Notes: a model not told the origin generated them from the letters alone. 63,601 bases of DNA, filler included, from Octopus bimaculoides (GCF_001194135.2; 5 parts of 5 records of this genome joined end to end with filler, not necessarily neighbours in it), one strand, 5' to 3'. Shown: positions 1 through 13,550, numbered from the whole stretch's first letter. Program-made: numbers and translations.

Positions 1-160
1 GTTTACTCAATCTCTGCGATATTATTGCAGTAAAGGCTTTGTAGATCGTAGGGAGACAGGTTATAGGTCTATAGTTTTGTGGTTTCTCCGTTTCCGTGGA
101 TTTGGGGATTAAGATGGTTTTCCCTTTTGTGAGCCATTCAGGCATTGTCTCTGGATCTGC

Positions 161-221
<61 letters not shown>
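161..221. repeat. (TAA/ATT)n microsatellite at the 3' end of the R4/Dong-type fragment
   Basis: About 20 tandem TAT units read directly. Confidence 0.95.
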
Positions 222-222
222 T

Positions 223-1060
223 TAGACGTCGCACAGTGTACAATATCGTGAGGTTGTTGATTGAAGATATTGTGCCTACCGGGGGTTTGTACTGTTTGTC
301 AAGTCATAACAAGGGCCTCAGACAGACAGTACTTTACGCAATATGCGTGCAATTCCAAGTAATGCCGACTTTTGCAATACATCTGCATTGTAGGATATTT
401 CTAAGGTTTTCAGATGTTTTTTCAGATTGGCTGGTGTTGAACCCAATGCTCCGATGACAATAGGGATAACCTTTGTCTGACTCTCGTAGGGGTCACATCT
501 TAGCGATCTCAATTCTCCGGTCTCCATTTTTATCAACCTTTTCTCTTTCTTTCATGATAGTATGCTGATCTCCTGGCACTGCCACGTCGATTAATAGGCA
601 CACTTGTTTGTCCTTCCTAAAGGTTATTATATCCGGCCTTCTGTCTGGAAATCAATGTCCCAGTGGATTTTTGCCTTTCCCTTTTCGCCCATTACCTTTT
701 CCGGTGTATGTTGGTACCAAGCACCCGTAACCTCATATCCATACTTACGGCATAGTAGCCAGTGGAGGTTTTGGGCCACCTTGTCGTGTCTACGCTTGTA
801 CTCTTTCTGCGCAAGACTTTCACAAGCACTAACAATGAGTCACGCTTCCGATCCTCTTTTCACACATTCTGCAGAGGTCCGATGCACTCGTGTGGTATAT
901 ATTCTTTTTCACTGAGTTAGTATTCAAAGCCTGGTTCTGGGCAGCGATGATTAGGCTTTCAGTCTTCTCTTTTAGGTCACCCTTGTTGAGCTACCATGAT
1001 GCTTCCTGGTCTTTTAATTTGTTAATTTCACGGTGGATTGACGATATAATTCCATACGGA
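223..1060 (-). mobile_element. 3' fragment of an R4/Dong-clade non-LTR retrotransposon (CCHC zinc knuckle plus restriction-like endonuclease), frameshifted
   Basis: Manual minus-strand translation across frameshifts: SW*LNKGDLKEKTESLIIAAQNQALNTN..CRMC..TH..VSAC..LAQKEYKRRHDKVA..LHWLLCRKYG; RPDIITF..LIDVAVPGD..KEREKVDK; TKVIPIVIGALG..LQKSALLGIARILRKVLSV* (ORF 318-536). Confidence 0.88.
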
Positions 1061-1949
1061 ATAGAGTTTCGTCTCTCTCTCTCTCTCCCTCTCTCCCTCT
1101 CCCTCTCTCTCTCTCCCCCTCTCTCTCTCCCCCTCTCTCTCTCCCTNNNNNNNNNNNNNNNNNNNNNNNNNNNNNNNNNNNNNNNNNNNNNNNNNNNNNN
1201 NNNNNNNNNNNNNNNNNNNNNNNNNNNNNNNNNNNNNNNNNNNNNNNNNNNNNNNNNNNNNNCTCTCTCTCTCTCTCTCTCTCTCTTTGGCTGTTCTTAA
1301 TCGGAATTCATGAGCACTCTCAAGTTCATTTTTGTTAACTCCTATTATTATTATTATTATAATTATTATTATTATTATTATTATTATTGTCAACATCATA
1401 TTTATTATTATTATTTTAGGAAGAAGAATGAAAACAGAAAAAGGAAGACGATGAAGAACATGAAACATAAAAATATAAAAACAAAGATATGTGATGTGAG
1501 AGTAAAATATGTCTTATTTCTTCCAGTAAAGCACATTTCTCGTTTCTTTGAAGTAAGATAAAATCGGAGCTTCTCTATTCTCACGGCACAGCTGCTCAAC
1601 GTATTTTAAGTATTACCCAAAACCTTGAATTTCTCTTCTTCCTCAAGGCAACAAATTTATTGAACTGTTTGAACGCTTTTCATTGCACTTTTCCTAACGT
1701 TCACCAATAATCTCCTCGAATTCTACCGTTTTGTATCATTGTTCATCATCGCACACCACCGCTACCAGCTTTCTTAAATTCAGTTATTTCACTACATCAA
1801 GGGGATATTTTTTCTGAAATAAGATATTGTATGGTGATACGCTTTGTTTTATATGATTTGAAGAAGTCTGTTATTCTATAAAACATGTCACGTGGGTTAA
1901 ACGCTATTTTATAGTATTAGACGGAACGGTATGAGATACTGAATAGTAT

Positions 1950-2074
1950 GGAGACGCGTGGGCTAGTAGTTAGTGGTGTTCAGTTTATGATTGTAAGGTC
2001 TCGGGTTCAATTTCTGGACCGAGCATCGTGTTAGGTCCTTAAGCAAAGCACTTCATTTCCCGTTGCTCAAGTCC
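1950..2074 (+). mobile_element. Degenerate tRNA-derived SINE 5' part
   Basis: A-box-like TGGGCTAGTAG, B-box-like GGTTCAATTTC, then GTCCTTAAGCAAAGCACTTCATTTCCCGTTGCTC resembling the central domain of the 19146 and 51345 copies. Confidence 0.55.
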
Positions 2075-3296
2075 TTTTCCCCCTCCACCTGTCACAACCT
2101 GGACATTCCATTCGGTGAAGAGAAAAGGGTCTGAGTAGATGTTTATGCTCTCAACTATATGGGCGCCTAAAACAGTTAACGAAAGCATAGTTATGGCTGT
2201 ACTCTACTGAATGTTATGGAATAAAAGAAGTTTGTGGTATCATATAACAATACAAAATTTTGACGTTATAATATAGAAAACAATCAAACAGTCTTAAGGA
2301 ATAATATGAAATGTTATATTATGGTGTATTTTAAGGAATGAAAAAGTAGTGGATACTGTATTCTATAGCATTGTGTCGCATGTCGTAGCATTGTGTTGTC
2401 AATAATATGACAGTTTGCACAAAAATCATGACAATCTCACAAATGACATACATTGAAGAAAAAAAAATCTCGTGTTGTGAAGCAACGTTAGGTCTGAACC
2501 CTAAGGGCTGAGTGATTGACTCGGCGGGATACTTTACTGATAATCTCGTTTCATCTCACGAGATAATAGCAAAGATGAACAAAATGAAATATCAGCTGCA
2601 TGGAAAACACTTCATCAACTATGGAAACTCCCCCACCACTACCTCCTCACCAAAGTCATCTACCATCATGAAATCACCAATATATTTACATCTCATACAA
2701 TACCAATCCTACAAATCCAACACCACCGTAGTTTCCTCTACTTCCACTACCATCATTACTTTCTCAACAGCCACTATCATCATTGTGATAGCGCTATTGT
2801 TACCGTTGCCATTATCATCATCACTAAGACACTCTGGAAAGCGGCATTATACAAATGTAGACATTTAGACAAATTTTTCTCATACTTTTCCACCCTGGTG
2901 TCCCTTAATTAGAAGTTGTGAGCTTCAGCTCATATAAATCAGCGTTCTACTTAACTTCTTCATGGCCTTTAAATGTTCAAATTATTATTCTTTTTTTATT
3001 GATTCTATGAAGAGACATAACATCTTAATTTATATAAGAAAACATGAATTTTGTATTCTTATTTTGCTGCAGGTGTTAAGTTATGCCTGAATTGCAAGAA
3101 ATGTTTGATTCTTTTGTAAATAGAATTTGCAACTAAATGTAATTTTCTTTTTTGAATTCATACCCTTATATAGGTTAACCGCGATTTTAAAAAGAAAAGT
3201 AAGAAAATATTTTGTGTTTGACCTAATGGGATCGGCGAATAGCAGAAATAAAGCAGTGAAAGTGAAACATGCTAATATCAGGTTCTATGTTGCAGT

Positions 3297-3683
3297 GTGG
3301 AGGTGCAATGGCCCAGTTTTGGGGGCAGCGGACTCGCGGTCATAGGATCGCGGTTTCGATTCCCAGACCGGGCGTTGTGAGTGTTTATTGAGCGAAAACA
3401 ACTAAAGCTCCACGAGGCTCCGGCAGGGGATGGCAGCGAACCCTGCTGTACTCTCCCACCACAACTTTCTCTCACTCTTACTTCCTGTTTCTGTTGTGCC
3501 TGTAATTCAAAGGGTTAGCCTTGTCACACTTTGTCACGCTGAATATCCCCGAGAACTACGTTAAGGGTACACGTGTCTGTGGAGTGCTCAGCCACTTTCA
3601 CGTTAATTTCACGAGCAGGCTGTTCCGTTGATCGGATCAACAGGAACCCTCGACGTCGTAAGCAACGGAGTGCCAACAATAAC
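3297..3683 (+). mobile_element. tRNA-derived SINE, family A, full length
   Basis: Head GTGGAGGTGCAATGGCCCAG with B box GGTTTCGATTCCC; (CAA)n-type tail; 10-bp TSD ATGTTGCAGT at 3287-3296 and 3684-3693; near-identical to 27094-27478. Confidence 0.95.
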
Positions 3684-4120
3684 ATGTTGCAGTATTTTTC
3701 TGATTCAAATCTCGTCCAACTTGATTTAGTTACAGTTTATTTAAGGACCGATAGAACAAGTAACACTGTATTATATTAATGCTAATTCACTATAATGAAA
3801 ACCACTAAGTCATATTATTTATAGATGTGTAGAGGCTAAATGGTTAAATATATATAGCCTTTAAAATAAATACACTGGTCGTGAGTTGATATCTACCGCA
3901 TGGGTTATTAATGTTACATTCTTCAGTTCACTTAGCTATCGGAAATAGGTATCAAATCGAGAAATCTCACCAAAACAGACGTTCCATCCAACAGGAGATT
4001 TATATTTCATTTATTTAACACTATGAAATTGGTCCTTAGCATTGAGTATTTAATCTTTTGGCGACATTTTACTTCAGATATACACTGACAAAGAATCATG
4101 ACAGATCTAAAATGAAATGA

Positions 4121-4897
4121 AAACAAGAGCACTAAGAGAGCACAAACCTCTGCCAACGCAACACCAACGTCCTCTCAATGATTAACCGGAAATGATTTTT
4201 AAAATGAGAATATCTGAAATAAAATCCTTCAATGAATATCATGAGACCTTTTGGTTTTCTCTTCTCTTAAATTCCGGTCTTCCTTTAGTAATCCTGTTGT
4301 TTTAGATTGATATATATAGAATTATGTATGTATGTAAGTATACTGTAAAGTGTTAGTCTCCTAATATAATANNNNNNNNNNNNNNNNNNNNNNNNNNNNN
4401 NNNNNNNNNNNNNNNNNNNNNNNNNNNNNNNNNNNNNNNNNNNNNNNNNNNNNNNNNNNNNNNNNNNNNNNNNNNNNNNNNNNNNNNNNNNNNNNNNNNN
4501 NNNNNNNNNNNNNNNNNNNNNNNNNNNNNNNNNNNNNNNNNNNNNNNNNNNNNNNNNNNNNNNNNNNNNNNNNNNNNNNNNNNNNNNNNNNNNNNNNNNN
4601 NNNNNNNNNNNNNNNNNNNNNNNNNNNNNNNNNNNNNNNNNNNNNNNNNNNNNNNNNNNNNNNNNNNNNNNNNNNNNNNNNNNNNNNNNNNNNNNNNNNN
4701 NNNNNNNNNNNNNNNNNNNNNNNNNNNNNNNNNNNNNNNNNNNNNNNNNNNNNNNNNNNNNNNNNNNNNNNNNNNNNNNNNNNNNNNNNNNNNNNNNNNN
4801 NNNNNNNNNNNNNNNNNNNNNNNNNNNNNNNNNNNNNNNNNNNNNNNNNNNNNNNNNNNNNNNNNNNNNNNNNNNNNNNNNNNNNNNNNNNNNNNNN

Positions 4898-4955
<58 letters not shown>

Positions 4956-5273
4956 GCGTGCGTGCGCGCGTGTGTGTACAATGGAAATTGGACGTAATGC
5001 ACAACGCTGAAAATGCGTGAGTATATGTGTGTATGTGTGTCCGTGTACCAGAGAAACTTTACATATACATGTAAAGTAAAGAAAATATAAAAAATAATCA
5101 AGAATCCTTGTCCGGTAGCGGATCGATCCCAAAATCTAACCAGTTCATGCCAGTTACGAGGCCAAACATCACTGAAAGTTTCATTCACATCCATCCAGCG
5201 GTTCTTGAGATATCTTGTCCACGGCCAAGCAAACAAGACTGAAAACAGTCTTGTTTGTTTGGCAGAGGTAATA
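4121..5273. mobile_element. Helentron-like (DINE-1/HINE-type) non-autonomous element, centre in N-gap
   Basis: Subterminal inverted repeats ACCTCTGCCAA (4146-4156) / TTGGCAGAGGT (5259-5269); hairpin 5224-5263; internal (GT)n; related copy at 36099-36392. Confidence 0.65.
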
Positions 5274-6197
5274 ATGACTGAAATCATTACACGGTAAACT
5301 ATAGTCTGCATTTCATAAATTTCAACGATTTAACGTTATACACGAACACAATAGAAAGGTCATGGAATTTCATCAATTATCTCTTTTTGACTTACAAGAA
5401 TTTACTTGATGTTATAACAGTTTTATTGGTAGTCACCAGTTTTTCTACAACAGTTATAGTAGTTGAAATAGTTGTTATTTTAAGGCTGCTTATTTTACAC
5501 TCATTTACGAGTGTGTTTTTTTAATTGTCTTGAGTGAAAGTTGATATTGATAAACCCGTCCCTTAACTTGTAAAGGATATCAATAAGTATTATCTCTCAA
5601 GTTAAAATGTACGTCATGTTAGCGTAAGTCTTGTACGGACACTAATGTACACTTATACGTCTTATGAAGATTGTGTCCTTATTATGTACAGCTATATAAG
5701 AAAAAAAACGTTACAGATTATTAAACAGAATTAAATATGTTAAACAGGTTGGGAAGAATTGAAGAAAGATGAAATATCATTTTACATATTTTATTTATAT
5801 ACATTATTACATATATCATTTTTCTAGCTAATTCTTAAGCTTATCTAATGAAACACGACAACCAAAATAGGTGTCGTACTTTTAAAGAGTATTTCTCATG
5901 GTAACAACTATTACTCGAGATTTGAATGACGTGGATTAATTTAGACAACCACAGATACTATATATCTTTATTGCTGGCATATAGCCCTAACAAAGACTGG
6001 ACACCACAAGGACAGACAACACAAAACATGGGGTAGGGTACATATAACAAATGATGAATATGTCATGAAATATTTACAATGAAAGGATGAAATGGCTTAC
6101 GAGCCCCCAAAGCTCGCAGTTCCATTTTACTGCTCTTATATACAGTTTATCATCTTGTTAATCCTCATCTGTTATAAGTTCGGTTATATCATCCAAA

Positions 6198-6596
6198 TTA
6201 ATTACATTTGCGCAGATTTTCATACCGCACACATAATTTACTCTCTGTGATTCTGTTTGGGAACAACTCTAAAAACTTCTCCACTCTATCCTTCTCCACC
6301 AATACCGCCTTCTGATCTGCTTCAAACGTCTCTGGGTCCAATTTCACCCTTACCAAACCTTTGATCTTCGCTATCTTCTTCTCTATTTCCATTTCCTTTT
6401 GATAAAACATCAATGTTCTGAGTTTACTTCCTTTAGGTCTTCCTGTTCGCACTACATGTTCTAACTGCTTTTCCAGTTTTCCTTCCCACTCCATAATTTT
6501 CTCCATTTTCATTGTCTTTTTTAAACTAATCTCTGTTTGCTCATGTTCTGGAGTTCGCTTCTCTTCGATTTTTTTATCCTCAGCTGTATTCCCCAA
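6198..6596 (-). other. Unassigned K/E-rich ORF remnant (132 aa, non-ATG start), possibly a retroelement ORF1/gag fragment
   Basis: Non-microsatellite open frame of about 400 bp with coiled-coil-like composition; no recognised motif; in-frame stop just upstream. Confidence 0.3.
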
Positions 6597-7679
6597 AATC
6601 CAGGGTTTTTATAACTGCTCAACTTCACTTTCAAGAATAGAAATTTCATAAATATATTCTTTTACTAATTCTCAGAATTCAGATATGAGCAGTTATTTCA
6701 ACCAATGGGAAAACGACAATCATATTTCCTCGGCAATACGACATTACGTCATATTGCTGGCTGTTATGAATTTGGCGCCACGCTACAATGTTTTTGAAAC
6801 ATAACGTATGGATAATCTATCCAATGAAGACTATAGCTTACTGTGTAATGATTCGGCATTTGATTTCCTTTCATTTTGTTGTTCGCCACTTCATGTACAT
6901 AAAATGGAGAATAGCCATTCTTCTTTGTTCTTCGGGGTTTATAAACATTTATAATGTTTATGATAAAAGTAAATGCTTTGAATAAAAAGTAAAAGTTTAG
7001 AATTCCATGATCACATGAGAGTGAAAGAAGTAGGACTAATCCAATATTTCTGAAAATAATAACCAAATAAACAAAGGCTCGATAATATCCTACTGCAAAT
7101 ATATGTGCAAACATACGTATATACAAACAAAACATGCGGATGTAATAATTCATGTCTTGAACACTGATAATATTAATTATTTCACTCAACTTATTCAATG
7201 AGAACGTTCAATATATTAGCCAGTTGTGCTTTGGACTAGTTTAACGTCATTATGATGCAAAACTATATTTAGTTCAGTCACAGGAAATAGTTACGTTTCG
7301 CGAATAACTTGACTATAATGCTAGGCGTCATAATCTCCAGTGACTGATCCTGGATACTCGTAGCCAAAAGTTTGAAAGACAAAAACATTTAGCCTTTTCA
7401 TAGCTGTAAATTCTTGAGACGATTTGAATGGTGAATCTCTAAATATTCAGTCCTCTCACCCGAGGTGATGCATTCCTCTAATTACTGGTGTCTTTTATCA
7501 CCTTTAAAAATAGGTCTACTTATAGATAAACCATAGCTTTCTGAAAAGCAAAAAAAGAGTCTCAAAGTGAGGCATTTCGAGAAACGCCGCACTACTAAAA
7601 AAATTCAAGGTAAATTTTTTTTGTTCGGCGTGCCACTCAGAAAGTTCCACGGCCACAGTATTCCCATGACTGCTTTACA

Positions 7680-7815
7680 ACCTGCAAGAAATATCATCCA
7701 AATCTCAAAGCACATCCTAATCGTCTTATAAAATGAATGACTTCTTTGTAAAAACGATTACATAGTTGGAACACATTTGACCATAGATCTGTTTTGTTAG
7801 GACTCAGAATTAAAC
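7680..7815 (-). repeat. Old dispersed repeat, family E
   Basis: Reverse complement resembles 17495-17680 and 22960-23140 (motifs CTGATCGAGCAGACCTATGATCAAAGG and TTTGGCTGCTATTTCTAGCAGG). Confidence 0.55.
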
Positions 7816-8534
7816 AGCAGTTACAACAGCAACAATAATCAACACTTGGCTTTTCATCAAGTTGTACTCATTCTGTTTGACTCTTATGCCTCGACACCGA
7901 ATTTAGAATTTATTTTCTGCACTCCACTCTCTGAGGAACTTGTATTCTCTGCTCTGTTTCTTGCCAGTCATTCTCTTTTTTCTCTACGGAACCAGATATA
8001 TAGTCTTTTATTCCCAAAATTGACATTATGTGAAATTTCTAACTGCTCCATACCTCAATACTGTAGCTTCTAATATAAAATTTTCTCATTAACCGTATCA
8101 AACACATTTACCGCGTCTATTATAAATTCTAATCAACCTCATGAGCTATTAAAAATGTTTTTCTTTTTTTTTTTATACAGCGATACAAACTGCAGAGGTA
8201 CATTCTTCACGCGTTTCAGACGCTACATATGAAATTGGTGATAAAATAATTATTAATAATGTCGTTAATAGACGTAAGGAAAACAGGCTCAGGCTTCAAG
8301 ATTTTCAACTAATTATAAATTCTCAACCTGTGCTCAATAATCTCTCTCTCCCTCCTTCCCCATCTCCCCCCTCTCTCTCTCTCCCTCTCTCCAAATCTAA
8401 TTTCGCATTGTGCATCTTGATATTAATGAATTTTGCAACATATCAGCTTTTGGGCGAGAAAACGTGACGTCCAATATCTTTTAACATTAATTATCCTCTC
8501 ACCTGCTTTTATTATATTACGCCTACCCTACACA

Positions 8535-8750
8535 GGGCAGTGGATTGGCAGAATTGTCAGTCCGTCGGACAAAATACTTTCCTTATTTTTTCCCGGCTTT
8601 TATCTTTTGCTTGCAAATCCCACCGATGTCACTTTTACCTTTCATCTTTTCAGAGTCAATAAAATAGCTTACAAATTAAGTACAGGGTCGATGCAATCAA
8701 CTAAACCCCTTTCACACATTCTGGCCTTGTTCCTTTGGAAAAGAACCAAT
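8535..8750 (+). mobile_element. Degenerate SINE, family C
   Basis: TTGGCAGAATTGTCAG..ACCTTTCATCTTTTCAGAGTCAATAAAATAG..CAGGGTCGATGCAATC..TGGCCTTGT aligns with 23248-23461. Confidence 0.65.
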
Positions 8751-9994
8751 ATATTGACACACTTACTTTATGATTTCTGGATCATATATATAAAATGATT
8801 GTGCAAATGCAGACAATTTCAACTCTTTGCTGGTTATGTAAGACGAGAGACATTTTTAGTATAAGCTTTAAGCTGGGAGTGCATCTTTATTGATAAAAAT
8901 TAATGAATGTAGGGAATTAATCGTCGTGTGCTTTCAAATTTGAATGATGGCGAAAATGTACCGACTGTTAGGAGGCCTCTGAACTAGAAAATTGATATCA
9001 TTCCGATTGAGTACTGTGCAATAATGCTGTGTAGTAATGCCTTTTACATCGAAATATCGCCCCTACCCTAAGTGTTCACCTTTCCACTGTTTACTGAAGT
9101 CAGTTTTGGACACTATGGAGTTGTTTTCCAGGTTTTGAAAATCTTCGCTTACTTTTTGGATAGTAATAAAATACAGGGCGGTCTTAGCTAGATCGCTTTT
9201 GATCACAGAACTGCACGATCAACGGTGACTTGGGACTACAAAACAACGTCGTAATTGACTCACTATAGTATATGAGTCACTAACGATAATTCTATGCAAA
9301 TAACTTAAGCAAGTTAAGAAAAACAATACCCGGTATAAAGCTAGCTCAAATAATACTGAATATCTTTTTGAAGGATTAATGGCATATGCCCTGCTGGTCA
9401 TTCTAATGTTGCAGCCTATGTAAAAGGCTATTTGTTTTATGGATATTTGTTTTATGTTTTTGTAGTTAATTTATTGAGTTGGACGATTCCTAGAATCAGT
9501 GATGAATCTCTTCAAACGTAGCAGCATTAGTTTGTTAGAGGAGTATTTTGATATGATTGTTAACGAATATACAGCAAGGGATGATGATGCGACAGATTGT
9601 GACAGGAAATATCGTAGTAGTCTTCGCATAAATATAAATTTCTAAACTTGGCATTAAGCGATACATCTTCGAAGACGAGAAAATCAATTATATCAATTCC
9701 AATACTTGATTGGGGTTGATTTATAGATAAATGAAAGGCAAATTGGATTTATGTGGTATTTAAACTGGGAGCGTGAAGGGTCAAAACTATATGCCGCATA
9801 ACATTTTTTCCGAATTTCTAGAGAGATTCTGTTAATCCCACATAATCAAATTCAGATGAGAGACAGTTCGTAGTAATATACATATCCGTTTCTTTCTATA
9901 TATAGACAAAATTTCAGATGTGTCAGCCTTAATATGTAGTTTTTATACAGAAGGCTTTGAGATTAAGGTGAAGCATATCTAAATATGGTCACAA

Positions 9995-10155
9995 GCATTG
10001 CTGTGTAGTTAAAAAATTCGACTCGCAACTACGTAGTTTGGTGTTCAATTCCACGATACAGCACTTTACAAAAGCGATTTCTGCTATAACTTCGGATCGA
10101 CCTAAACCTTCTGAGTAGAATTTACTAAACAGAAACTGTGTGGAAGCTTGTCAAC
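9995..10155 (+). mobile_element. Degenerate family B SINE 5' part
   Basis: GCTGTGTAGTTAAAAAATTCG..TCGGATCGACCTAAACCTTCTGAGTAGAATTT resembles the head of 43480. Confidence 0.55.
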
Positions 10156-10682
10156 AGAATTCTTGAGTGATAGATTTAATTTGTCACCCAGGTCTTGGAT
10201 GATAGATTTAATTTGTCACCTATTTCAACTCCACCAACTGGCCTATGGGGTGCTTTTAGTGAAGTACATTTTATTGCAAGCGTTCCAACAAAATTTCTAG
10301 TGTGGGGATGAGTTCCTCCCTTGCTCCCTAAATCTCGGAACCACTAAGAAAATCATGCACATCTGACTAAGCCATTCAAAGAACTCGAATGTAGTTGCCA
10401 CATTAGTTGTCTCTGAAAGTAGCATCCAAAGAAAAGAATTTGGTAGAGCGTCGCTCACATACTAACTAGGAACCGGTTCATTAACAGACTGCCATAGCGT
10501 TGATTGAAGAGTGCTAATTAAGAAACCGTTCGTTCCTGATGGTAAAACGTCATTTCCTGAAGCATGCTTGACGTCACCTGATGTCACGTGATGACGGAGT
10601 GTCCTGGATCCAAAGAGATGAACTCAATATTTCGTATGACCACCGTTAACGTGGATTACCACCAGGCATCTTCTGTTGATAT

Positions 10683-10861
10683 CACCTTGGACAAGTGTCT
10701 TCTACTATAGCCTTCGACCGACTAAACTCTTAAGAAACCGATAGAATAATTACCAGGCTTTAAATAAATAAGTACTGGAGTCGATTCACTGGACTAAAAT
10801 ATTCAAAGTAGTTCTCCAGCATGACCGCAGTCAAATGACTGAAACAAGTAGAAGTAGAAGA
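10683..10861 (+). mobile_element. Family B SINE, internally deleted
   Basis: CACCTTGGACAAGTGTCTTCTACTATAGCC joined directly to GAAACCGATAGAATAA and the tail CCAGCATGACCGCAGTCAAATGACTGAAACAAG. Confidence 0.8.
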
Positions 10862-11200
10862 TNNNNNNNNNNNNNNNNNNNNNNNNNNNNNNNNNNNNNN
10901 NNNNNNNNNNNNNNNNNNNNNNNNNNNNNNNNNNNNNNNNNNNNNNNNNNNNNNNNNNNNNNNNNNNNNNNNNNNNNNNNNNNNNNNNNNNNNNNNNNNN
11001 NNNNNNNNNNNNNNNNNNNNNNNNNNNNNNNNNNNNNNNNNNNNNNNNNNNNNNNNNNNNNNNNNNNNNNNNNNNNNNNNNNNNNNNNNNNNNNNNNNNN
11101 NNNNNNNNNNNNNNNNNNNNNNNNNNNNNNNNNNNNNNNNNNNNNNNNNNNNNNNNNNNNNNNNNNNNNNNNNNNNNNNNNNNNNNNNNNNNNNNNNNNN

Positions 11201-11276
<76 letters not shown>

Positions 11277-12418
11277 ACCAGATTCGTGCACTTGTCCCCT
11301 GTATTTATATTTATGGTTGATAGGTATTCTTTGCAAGCGAGAGAAGCTCCACTGGAATGTTTAGTTTTGTTCTCCTTTTCGGAAGTTAATTGCAAAACCT
11401 TTTTCTCTTTTGGGATATGTTCTTACTAACCAATTTCATTTAACTTCAACATTTATTCTCTCGATAACTGCAGATAGCTGTTTCGGTGCTCCGTACCCTC
11501 ACTGGTGCAAAGTGTTCCCGAGAACTGATTATATTATAACAGAATTGATAAGAGGCAAAAAAAATAATACGAAAAATAATGGATTGTTAAAGGCAGAAAA
11601 ATAGAAAAATATTATTAAAACATATAAGAATATTTTTAAAAATTGATAAATTTCATGATACGTAGATAAAAATACATCGATAAGTCCGCAGGTAAATTTT
11701 CCCTTTGGTTTGATTTGTGAGGAACCTAGTTTATCAATATTTACGAATATTTTTCAGGTATTTTCCTTTCTACTCACGAACCAAAATGTTTCTATCTACT
11801 TTATAATCTTGTTCTATTTCATCATTGTTATTTACATTTATCAATCTTTAAAAGTAAAACATTTTCTCATATATTTTATCTCTTCTTTTATCTACTCTTA
11901 TCAGTTCTTGTATATTGTAATCAATTCTCCGAAACGCCTTGCACGATACGATACGAAATGCTGAAACAGTTATCTCCAAGCAGTGGTGGGATAAGTGTTC
12001 GTTGTAATTATTCAATCATAATTCATTGTAGTTAATTATTAAAATTGGAGACGAACGATGAAATGTACTTTTGGAGTTATTTCACGAAGAGATAACAGAG
12101 CAGAACTTTCCAGCAAAGCTGCTCGCCACTACGAAAGGAACAGATATCTCATGAAAATGAAGATTTACCAATAAAATATTCGCGGAAGAACTCAATGTCT
12201 CCTGGTTACTAAAAGTATAGCAATCAAAATTATGACATGAATATATATANNNNNNNNNNNNNNNNNNNNNNNNNNNNNNNNNNNNNNNNNNNNNNNNNNN
12301 NNNNNNNNNNNNNNNNNNNNNNNNNNNNNNNNNNNNNNNNNNNNNNNNNNNNNNNNNNNNNNNNNNNNNNNNNNNNNNNNNNNNNNNNNNNTATATATAT
12401 ATATATATATATATATAT

Positions 12419-12822
12419 TCTTTAATTTGTTTCAGTCATTTAACTGCAGCCATGCTGGAGTACAACCTTGAAGGGTTTTAGTCGAACAGGTCGACCCCAG
12501 GCCTTATTTTTTTAAGCCTGGTACTTATTCTATCGGTCTCTTTTACCGGACTGCTAAGTTACTGGGACGTAAACACATCAACGCTGGTTGTCAAGCGGTG
12601 ATGACGGAACATACGCAGACACAAATACACACACACATATATACATATATATATTTATATATATACGATGGACTTCTTGCAGTTTCTGTCTAACAAATCC
12701 ACTGACAAGGCTTTGGTCAGCCACAGGCTATAGTAGAAAGCACTTGCCCAAGGTGCCACGCAGTGAGACTGAATCCGGTTGTTTGGGAAGCAAGTTTCTT
12801 ACCACACAGCCACGCCTGTGCC
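12419..12822 (-). mobile_element. Family B SINE, full length
   Basis: Reverse complement of the 43480-43887 copy, including the internal (CA/TA) tract. Confidence 0.92.
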
Positions 12823-12914
12823 AATATATATATCGTCAGTAGATCATATATCCGAAAAAGAAGCACATTCTAAAGTTAGGACAGTAATGTTTTTACATAT
12901 AGTTAAATATATGT

Positions 12915-12990
12915 ACAGTCATAGAGTGACCAATGGGTTCTCATCCATAAAGCGCTTAGCTCTATAGACGATTCGTCAAACTCCAATTGC
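12915..12990 (-). ncRNA. Degenerate hammerhead-ribozyme-like copy
   Basis: Minus strand GGAGT TTGACGA ATCG...GATGA GAAC CC ATT GG TC ACTC; stems I and III pair, catalytic core mutated. Confidence 0.5.
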
Positions 12991-13550
12991 CACGGCCATA
13001 TGACCTATCTGCAATTTGGAGATAGGAAACCGTTACGATTAGTTAATTTGTAAACAAAAGAATATTGAATATTCTTAGATCGATGTGGTCTGCATAATCT
13101 TATGGTCCTAATCGACGAACGAGAAATCCTATGCCTGCAGCCGGTAATGCTTAAAATGCGGGCTGGAGCTATATATTTCGTGTCTGGAATTTAAGTGAGT
13201 CCTCAGGTCAAGCGAGTCTTTGAGGATCCTTGCCCGCTCTGCTGTGCAAAGCTTGCATCGCCTGCTTCCGTTTATATAGGTCCCGGTTGCTCTATGAGCC
13301 TTTTTAAAATTTCGTATGGAGTTCCTTCATCCTTAAGGCGCCACAAGTGGCCAGCCAGGGACGTGATGGAATCCTAAAAGAGGCCCTATGGTTGTACAGG
13401 GCAGTTTCGGCCGAACTGATGTATCTTGGGTGCTGGTTGTGTTCTCGTCTCTGGTGTTTCTTCCGTTGACCCCGGGTCTGAAACTGTTTTTGCCCCTGTC
13501 TTTTGTAACAGTTCCTACCTCTAATTTGAAGAGAGGTTATATACTCGCGG

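Noticed and set aside
2512-2868. 118-aa S/T-rich ORF
   Set aside because: Derived from degenerate (CAT/CAC)n repeats; no motif or splice support.
10168-10220. 21-bp direct repeat TGATAGATTTAATTTGTCACC with an 11-bp spacer
   Set aside because: Only two units in a eukaryotic context; a local duplication, not a CRISPR array.
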